A DNA stretch of 12,811 nt from a virus (lineage: Duplodnaviria; Heunggongvirae; Uroviricota; Caudoviricetes), in IMG/VR virus record IMGVR_UViG_2609459798_000004; one strand, 5' to 3'. Under the pieces are notes generated by a model that ran no database searches, was not told the origin of the DNA, and was given only the letters and a program-made list of their open reading frames with translations. A program made the position numbers and the translations under genes. Shown here piece after piece: positions 7,701 to 12,811 of the stretch (position 1 is the stretch's first letter; the number at the start of each line of letters is the position of its first letter).

Positions 7701-7790
7701 GAGGTGGCCCGCCAGCTTGATGAACGTGAACGCAGGCTGAAGGCAAAAGCCAGGAGTAACTACAGCGATCAGGGGGGATACGACGCATGA
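4713..7790 (+). CDS. T: Tail tape measure protein (gpT-like)
   Basis: 1025-aa ORF. N-terminal region is coiled-coil-like (charged, Q/R/L-rich). Middle has hydrophobic Ala/Leu/Gly-rich segments with degenerate repeats (PLALLRRGL, PVALLRSGL, PLAALRGGL). C-terminal ...YDSGGYIPRGQFGIVGENGPEIVNGPANVTS is typical of tape-measure C-termini. Located between E/E' and U. Confidence 0.9.
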   Translation: MSDNNLRLQVILNAVDKLTRPFRSAQASSRELAAAVKKSRDAIKQLDQAGSSLDSFRKLQAENQKLGDRLNYARQRANLLSQELGAMGPPSQRQVVALGRQRLAVQRLEERQKKLQQQTALVRAELYRAGISAKDDAGATARLARETSRYNQELSKQEARLKRLGEAQRRMNAARASYARSLEVRDRIAGAGATTTAAGLAMGAPVMAAVKSYTSMEDAMKGVAKQVNGLRDDNGNRTARFYEMQDAIKAASEQLPMENGAVDFAALVEGGARMNVANPDDSWEDQKRDLLAFASTAAKAATAFELPADELSESLGKIAQLYKIPTRNIEQLGDALNYLDDNAMSKGADIIDVMQRLGGVADRLDYRKAAALGSTFLTLGAAPEVAASAANAMVRELSIATMQSKSFFEGMNLLKLNPEVIEKQMTKDAMGTIQRVLEKVNALPQDKRLSAMTMLFGKEFGDDAAKLANNLPELQRQLKLTAGNDALGSMQKESDINKDSLSAQWLLVKTGAQNTFSSLGETLRQPLMDILYTVKSITGALRRWVEANPELTGTLMKVAAVVAAVTVGLGTLAVALAAVLGPLAVIRLGFSVLGIKTLPSVTAAVTRTSSALSWLAGAPLALLRRGLASSGNAAGLLTAPLSSLRRTASLTGNVLKTVAGAPVALLRSGLSGLRAVAVMFMNPLAALRGGLAAAGTVLRVLASGPLAMLHVALYAVSGLLGALLSPIGLVVTALAGVALVVWKYWQPITAFLGGVVEGFKAAAGPVSAAFEPLKPVFQWIGDKVQALWGWFTDLLTPVKSTSAELQSAAAMGRRFGEALAEGLNMVMHPLDSLKSGVSWLLDKLGIVSKEAAKAKLPESVTRQQPATVNADGKVMMPSGDFPSWGYGFAGMYDSGGYIPRGQFGIVGENGPEIVNGPANVTSRRNTAALAAVVAGMMGVAAAPAELPPLHPLALPAKGGEAMVSRAATVPPIYRIEAPTQIIIQTQPGQSAQDIAREVARQLDERERRLKAKARSNYSDQGGYDA

Positions 7791-8272
7791 TGATGGTGCT
7801 GGGATTGTACGTGTTTATGCTGCGCACCGTGCCGTATCAGGAGCTGCAGTATCAACGCAGCTGGCGACATGCGGCAAACAGCCGGGTAAACCGACGTCCG
7901 TCCACGCAGTTTCTGGGACCGGACAACGACATGCTGACGCTTTCCGGTGTTCTTATGCCGGAGATAACAGGCGGCAGGCTGTCGTTGCTGGCACTGGAGC
8001 AGATGGCAGAACAGGGGAAAGCATGGCCCCTGATTGAAGGCAGTGGCACGATTTATGGCATGTATGTGATTGAGGGACTGAATCAGACTAAAACGGAGTT
8101 TTTCCGCGACGGTATGCCGCGCCGGATTGAGTTCACCCTGTCGCTCAAACGGGTGGATGAATCCCTGTCCGATATATTCGGTGATCTCAGTGCGCAACTG
8201 AATAATCTGCAGGACACAGCAACGTCTGCCTTAAGCGATATCAGTAAAACGGTGGGAGGGCTGCTGTCATGA
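7787..8272 (+). CDS. U: Tail protein gpU-like
   Basis: 161-aa ORF overlapping the T stop (ATGATGATG). N-terminus MMMVLGLYVFMLRTVPYQELQYQRSWRH... resembles P2 gpU as recalled; ...WPLIEGSGTIYGMYVIEGLNQTKTEFFRDGMPRRIEFTLSLKRVDE is conserved in the family. Confidence 0.85.
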   Translation: MMMVLGLYVFMLRTVPYQELQYQRSWRHAANSRVNRRPSTQFLGPDNDMLTLSGVLMPEITGGRLSLLALEQMAEQGKAWPLIEGSGTIYGMYVIEGLNQTKTEFFRDGMPRRIEFTLSLKRVDESLSDIFGDLSAQLNNLQDTATSALSDISKTVGGLLS

Positions 8273-9369
8273 ATTTCAGCTCTGAACTGCTTAACAAAGG
8301 CAACAAAACTCCCGCATTCAGCATCAGTATTGAGGGCAGGGATATCACCACTGTGCTGGATAACCGCCTGATGAGTTTGACGCTGACGGACAATCGGGGC
8401 TTTGAAGCGGACCAGCTTGATCTGGAACTGGACGACGCCGACGGAAAAATCGTGCTGCCGCGCCGTGGTGCGGTTATTACGCTGGCGCTGGGCTGGAAGG
8501 GGCAGCCGCTTTTCCCGAAAGGGGCATTCACGGTGGACGAGATTGAACACACTGGCGCACCGGACCGCCTGACTATCCGGGCGCGAAGTGCTGATTTTCG
8601 TGAAACGCTGAATACCCGCCGTGAAAAGTCGTGGCACAAGACCACCGTCGGGGAAGTGGTGAAGGAAATAGCTGTGCGGCACAAACTGAAGATGGCATTG
8701 GGTAAAGACCTGTCAGATAAACCCGTGGAACATATAGACCAGACCAATGAGAGTGACGGCAGTTTTCTGATGCGGCTGGCGCGCCAGTACGGTGCTATTG
8801 CGTCGGTGAAAAATGGCAATCTGTTATTCATCCGGCAGGGACAGGGTAAAAGCGCCAGCGGTAAACCACTACCGGTTATCACTATCACACGTAAGGACGG
8901 CGACAGTCACCGCTTTACCCTGGCAGATCGCGGAGCCTACACGGGCGTAATTGCCAGCTGGTTGCATACCCGCGAACCCGCGAAGAATGAAAGCACCACG
9001 GTGAAGCGTAAGCGCAGGACTAAGAAGCAGAAGAAAGAGCCGGAAGCGAAGCAGGGCGATTACCTGGTGGGTACAGATGAAAACGTGCTGGTACTTAATC
9101 GCACCTATGCCAACCGGAGCAACGCCGAACGGGCGGCGAAAATGCAGTGGGAACGCCTGCAACGCGGCGTTGCGTCATTCTCGCTACAACTGGCAGAAGG
9201 TCGGGCAGATCTCTACACGGAAATGCCAGTGAAAGTCAGTGGCTTTAAACAGCCGATAGATGATGCGGAATGGACCATTACGACTCTGACGCATACCGTC
9301 AGCCCCGATAACGGTTTTACAACCAGTCTGGAGCTTGAAGTGAGGATTGATGATTTCGAAATGGAATGA
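8269..9369 (+). CDS. D: Tail protein gpD-like (late control D / baseplate-hub family)
   Basis: 366-aa ORF overlapping the U stop by 4 bp (ATGA), in the P2 D position immediately upstream of ogr. Confidence 0.85.
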   Translation: MNFSSELLNKGNKTPAFSISIEGRDITTVLDNRLMSLTLTDNRGFEADQLDLELDDADGKIVLPRRGAVITLALGWKGQPLFPKGAFTVDEIEHTGAPDRLTIRARSADFRETLNTRREKSWHKTTVGEVVKEIAVRHKLKMALGKDLSDKPVEHIDQTNESDGSFLMRLARQYGAIASVKNGNLLFIRQGQGKSASGKPLPVITITRKDGDSHRFTLADRGAYTGVIASWLHTREPAKNESTTVKRKRRTKKQKKEPEAKQGDYLVGTDENVLVLNRTYANRSNAERAAKMQWERLQRGVASFSLQLAEGRADLYTEMPVKVSGFKQPIDDAEWTITTLTHTVSPDNGFTTSLELEVRIDDFEME

Positions 9370-9459
9370 TTCTTCGCAATGGAGAACTTTTAAGTTTGCA
9401 AAATGGAATAATGCGGTATCATTATTGTGAATTTAGCAAAAATGGGGAGAACTCGAAAA

Positions 9460-9678
9460 ATGATGATTTGCCCACTGTGTGGAAGTGCCGCCCATACTCG
9501 CAGCAGTTTTCAGGTATCTTCATTGACTAAAGAGCGTTACAACCAGTGCCAGAACATTAACTGCAGCCATACTTTTGTTACCCATGAAACTTTTGTTCGT
9601 TCGATTGCAACGCCAAAAGAGTCAAATCCGGTTCAGCCGCATCCAATGAAATCAGGACAGGTGGCGCTCTCTCTTTGA
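9460..9678 (+). CDS. ogr: Ogr/Delta-family zinc-finger late transcription activator
   Basis: MMICPLCGSAAHTRSS...YNQCQNINCSHTF has the C-x2-C-x22-C-x4-C zinc finger of Ogr. The ORF track starts at GTG 9427, but GGGGAGA (9445-9451) is placed for ATG 9460, giving about 72 aa as in P2 Ogr. Confidence 0.85.
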   Translation: MMICPLCGSAAHTRSSFQVSSLTKERYNQCQNINCSHTFVTHETFVRSIATPKESNPVQPHPMKSGQVALSL

Positions 9679-9758
9679 CGCTGCCGCCATTTTGTCGCCA
9701 TCGTTAAAAAACAGTGTTTCTAACATCATGATTTTAAACAGCTTAAATTTCAGGCAAC

Positions 9759-9801
9759 AAAAAACCCATCAACCTTGAACCGAAATGGCGGGGTTGATGG
9801 G
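9759..9801 (-). terminator. Candidate rho-independent terminator (minus strand), about 115 nt downstream of ybjL
   Basis: On the minus strand: CCCATCAACC, 17-nt loop, GGTTGATGGG, then TTTTTT (perfect 10-bp stem at 9765-9774 / 9792-9801, A-run on the plus strand at 9759-9764). No T-run follows on the plus strand, so it is not obviously bidirectional. Confidence 0.5.
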
Positions 9802-9913
9802 CTCCACAAAATGGGGACATCAAAGAAAAGCAGTGGCACTAATTAAGACTGATGCCCTGCGGAAAAGTTCTGCGGTTGTGCAAAAAAATTTCATTTTCAG
9901 GGCAACTTCAGTT

Positions 9914-11599
9914 TTATCCTAATCCTGGCCATACCATGACGATGATTGTCCCTGCCAGCGTCAGCAGGACGTTGGCGATTGCATAGGTGCCCGCATAGCC
10001 CAGCGCCGGGATGTTACTGCGAGCTGTATCACTGATGATCTCCATTGCCGGCGCGCAGGTACGTGCGCCCATCATTGCGCCGAACAACAGCGCGCGGTTC
10101 ATTCGCAATACATAAGCACCGAACAAGAAACAGATAACCACGGGCACCAGACTGACAATCAATCCGGCAATCAACATCTGACCGCCAATCGCGCCCAGGC
10201 CGTTATTAATACCGCTACCGGCGCTCAGACCAACGCCTGCCATAAACACCATCAAGCCGAACTCTTTCACCATGCTTAATGCACCCTGCGGAATGTAACC
10301 GAAGGTCGGGTGGTTAGCACGCATAAAGCCCAGCATAATTCCGGCGAATAACAACCCGGCAGCGTTCCCCATGCCGAAACTGAATGTGCTGAACTGGAAG
10401 GTGATCATCCCGATCATCAGCCCAATAACAAAGAAGGCGCAAAATGCCAGCAGGTCAGTGACCTGGCTGTGAATCGAGATAAAGCCGATGCGATCGGCGA
10501 TGGTTTTTACGCGACGGGCATCACCGCTGACTTGTAAAACGTCACCTTTGTTAAGCACGACGTTGTCATCTATCGGCATCTCAATCTGGCTACGAATGAC
10601 GCGGTTAAGGAAGCAACCGTGATCGGTCAACTTCAGTTGTGCGAGACGTTTACCTACAGCGTTATGGTTTTTAACGACCACTTCTTCAGTGACGATACGC
10701 ATGTCGAGAAGGTCACGATCGAAAACTTCTTTACCGTTACGGAAGCTGGGATCGAGTCGGGCATGGGCGTCGGGATAGCCTACCAACGCTATTTCATCGC
10801 CCATTTGTAGCACGGCATCACCGTCTGGATTTGCCAGAATCCCGTTACGTCGAATACGTTCAATGTAGCAGCCGGTTTGTCGATAAATACCCAGTTCACG
10901 CAGATTTTTGCCGTCGGTCCAGGCCACCAGCTCCGGGCCGACGCGATAGGCGCGGATCACCGGTAAATAAACCTTACGGTTGGCATCAGTGTCCAGGCCA
11001 CGTTCGCGGGCGATTTGCTGGGCGCTGGTCTGTAAGTCCTGATGCTGCAATTTCGGCAAGTAACGCGCACCAACAATCAAACTCACCAGACCGATTAAAT
11101 AGGTTAAGGCATACCCGAGGCTCAGATTATCCAGTGCCAGTGAGAGCTGCCTGCTTTCCATGCCGGAATGACGCAGTGTATCGCCAGCACCGACCAGAAC
11201 CGGTGTCGACGTCATAGAGCCTGCTAACATACCGGCCGTCAGGCCAATATCCCAGCCAAACAGCTTACCTAACCCTAAGGCGATCACCAGCGCACTGCCA
11301 ACCATCACCAGTGCTAACATTAGGTAATTTTTCCCATCGCGAAAAAAAATGGAAAAAAAGTTCGGTCCGGCTTCAACCCCAACACAGAAAATAAACAGCA
11401 TAAAGCCAAGATTAAGCGCATCGGTGTTAATGCTGAAATGTTGTTGGCCTAATAACAGCGATACGACTAAAACGCCAATGGAATTACCCAGTTGGATCGA
11501 ACCAAGTCGTAACTTTCCGAGACATAGCCCAAGCGCGAGGACCACAAATAATAACAGAATGTAATTCCCATTTAACAATTCGGCGACGTTTATATTCAC
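9914..11599 (-). CDS. ybjL: Putative transport protein YbjL (AAE/YidE-family membrane transporter)
   Basis: 561-aa ORF with GTG start; N-terminus [42 protein letters not shown]... and the hydrophobic / soluble-domain / hydrophobic layout match E. coli YbjL as recalled. Adjacent divergent ybjM fits the chromosomal gene order. Confidence 0.85.
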
Positions 11600-11868
11600 G
11601 GAGGCTAACTTCTTGTTTACTAGTAAGCTGTTGAAAGAAATGGTAATTTACGATAATGTTTTTTACCAGAATTCAGGGCGCAGATTCATTCAGCGCACCT
11701 AAACGATAGTAAAGTAACAATATATTTTACTAGTGTAATCACATTAGGTATCAACGGCTATATGAATTGCGTTGGCCTATATTAGCATGGAATGCGAAGC
11801 GGCTTTATCTTACTGAACGCCACACTGGCGAAAAATGTGTTCGATAGACGCAGTGTCAGGAGGAACGA

Positions 11869-12246
11869 GTGAAACATAAACAACGTTGGGCGGGGGCAAT
11901 CTGCTGTTTTGTCCTCTTCATTGTGGTGTGCCTTTTTCTGGCGACGCACATGAAAGGCGCTTTTCGGGCTGCCGGGCATCCTGAAATCGGCTTGCTATTT
12001 TTCATTCTTCCTGGAGCAGTCGCCAGCTTCTTTTCACAGCGTAGAGAAGTCCTGAAACCTCTGTTTGGCGCAATGCTGGCGGCACCCTGTTCGATGCTCA
12101 TTATGCGGCTGTTTTTTTCACCGACGCGCTCATTCTGGCAAGAGCTGGCATGGTTATTAAGTGCGGTGTTCTGGTGTGCGCTGGGGGCACTGTGTTTCTT
12201 ATTTATCAGTAGTTTGTTTAAACCACAGCACAGAAAAAATCAGTAA
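11869..12246 (+). CDS. ybjM: Inner-membrane protein YbjM
   Basis: 125-aa hydrophobic ORF with GTG start 4 nt after SD CAGGAGGA; divergent from ybjL and followed by grxA on the opposite strand, as in the E. coli chromosome. Confidence 0.8.
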   Translation: MKHKQRWAGAICCFVLFIVVCLFLATHMKGAFRAAGHPEIGLLFFILPGAVASFFSQRREVLKPLFGAMLAAPCSMLIMRLFFSPTRSFWQELAWLLSAVFWCALGALCFLFISSLFKPQHRKNQ

Positions 12247-12275
12247 AGCCCTCAACGCGAGGGCTTGTCAGACGA

Positions 12276-12425
12276 TCAGGCGTCCAGATTTTCTTTCACC
12301 CATGCAGCAAAATCGGTATAGCCGCCGATATGTTGCTGATCGACAAAAATCTGCGGCACGGTTTCTACGGGTTTACCTGCCTTTTGTTGTAGATCTTCTT
12401 TAGTGATCCCTTCCGCACGAATATC
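12276..12425 (-). pseudogene. grxA: Glutaredoxin 1 gene, 3' fragment only (about 49 codons), truncated by IS1
   Basis: Minus-strand translation DIRAEGITKEDLQQKAGKPVETVPQIFVDQQHIGGYTDFAAWVKENLDA-stop matches the C-terminal half of E. coli GrxA as recalled. The reading frame runs straight into the IS1 terminal repeat at 12426; the N-terminal part with the CPYC active site is absent from this side. Confidence 0.8.
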
Positions 12426-12811
12426 GGTAATGACTCCAACTTATTGATAGTGTTTTATGTTCAGATAATGCCCGATGACTTTGTCATGCAGCTCCACCGA
12501 TTTTGAGAACGACAGCGACTTCCGTCCCAGCCGTGCCAGGTGCTGCCTCAGATTCAGGTTATGCCGCTCAATTCGCTGCGTATATCGCTTGCTGATTACG
12601 TGCAGCTTTCCCTTCAGGCGGGATTCATACAGCGGCCAGCCATCCGTCATCCATATCACCACGTCAAAGGGTGACAGCAGGCTCATAAGACGCCCCAGCG
12701 TCGCCATAGTGCGTTCACCGAATACGTGCGCAACAACCGTCTTCCGGAGCCTGTCATACGCGTAAAACAGCCAGCGCTGGCGCGATTTAGCCCCGACATA
12801 GCCCCACTGTT
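12426..12811 (-). mobile_element. IS1 insertion sequence, IRR end (partial; continues beyond window)
   Basis: Begins GGTAATGACTCCAACTTATTGATAGTGTTTTATGTTCAGATAATGCCCGATGAC..., matching the IS1 right terminal inverted repeat as recalled, followed by the insB coding region on the minus strand. Confidence 0.9.
12441..12811 (-). CDS. insB: IS1 transposase InsB, 3' portion (5' end outside window)
   Basis: Minus-strand frame is open from the window edge: ...[122 protein letters not shown]-stop, matching IS1 InsB as recalled. The ORF track shows only the Met-initiated part, 12441-12707. Confidence 0.85.
   Translation of the reverse strand, partial: QWGYVGAKSRQRWLFYAYDRLRKTVVAHVFGERTMATLGRLMSLLSPFDVVIWMTDGWPLYESRLKGKLHVISKRYTQRIERHNLNLRQHLARLGRKSLSFSKSVELHDKVIGHYLNIKHYQ

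Noticed and set aside
7769-9162. Minus-strand ORFs of 142, 65, 199, 215 and 97 aa antisense to U and D
   Set aside because: All lie within the plus-strand U and D genes, which are translationally coupled (ATGA overlaps) in conserved P2 order; no support for antisense coding.
9786-9913. Possible small ORF or sRNA in the ogr-ybjL gap starting at ATG 9786
   Set aside because: The ATG lies inside the terminator hairpin, with no SD and no conservation evidence available; more simply explained as terminator/att junction sequence.
10619-11564. Plus-strand ORFs of 63, 128 and 71 aa inside ybjL
   Set aside because: Antisense to a 561-aa membrane transporter gene with coherent hydrophobic domain structure.
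11782-12101. Minus-strand ORFs of 65 and 81 aa overlapping the ybjL-ybjM intergenic region and ybjM
   Set aside because: Overlap the ybjM SD and coding region in antisense; Arg/Lys-rich composition typical of random frames.
12161-12403. 80-aa plus-strand ORF overlapping the ybjM 3' end and antisense to grxA
   Set aside because: The region is fully accounted for by ybjM (plus) and the grxA fragment (minus), both recognisable.
12475-12765. 96-aa plus-strand ORF within IS1
   Set aside because: Antisense to insB, whose translation matches the IS1 transposase.
1-12811. CRISPR arrays, tRNA/rRNA genes, toxin-antitoxin pairs or a novel defence operon
   Set aside because: No short direct-repeat/spacer arrays, no tRNA-like sequence (no GTTCGAATC-type T-arm in the non-coding gaps), and every ORF over 100 aa that is not antisense is assigned to a known phage-tail, invertase, host or IS1 family.

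Overview
This window is the right arm of a P2-like prophage, its junction with the chromosome, and an IS1 insertion. I did not find support for a novel or undescribed system: every long ORF is explained by a known family. All homology calls are by eye and from memory, with no database search run.

Layout, left to right:
- 1-2389: a Pin/Gin/Hin/Cin-type invertible tail-fibre module. Two opposed cassettes (fibre C-terminus plus tail-fibre assembly gene) sit on opposite strands, followed by a serine invertase, with one hix/gix-like crossover site at 1742-1767.
- 2532-9678: a contiguous plus-strand tail/late block in P2 gene order: sheath FI, tube FII, chaperone E with a -1 frameshift extension E+E', tape measure T, U, D, and the zinc-finger late activator Ogr.
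- 9679-9913: non-coding junction with a minus-strand terminator hairpin; the prophage end must lie here.
- 9914-12425: chromosomal ybjL (minus), ybjM (plus) and a 3' fragment of grxA (minus).
- 12426-12811: the IRR end of IS1 with the 3' part of insB, cutting grxA.

No rRNA, tRNA or CRISPR array was seen. The accessory slot between the tail-fibre genes and FI, which in P2 holds Z/fun, is occupied here by the invertase, with no additional cargo. Other-strand ORFs inside the tail genes look like artefacts of GC-rich coding sequence.
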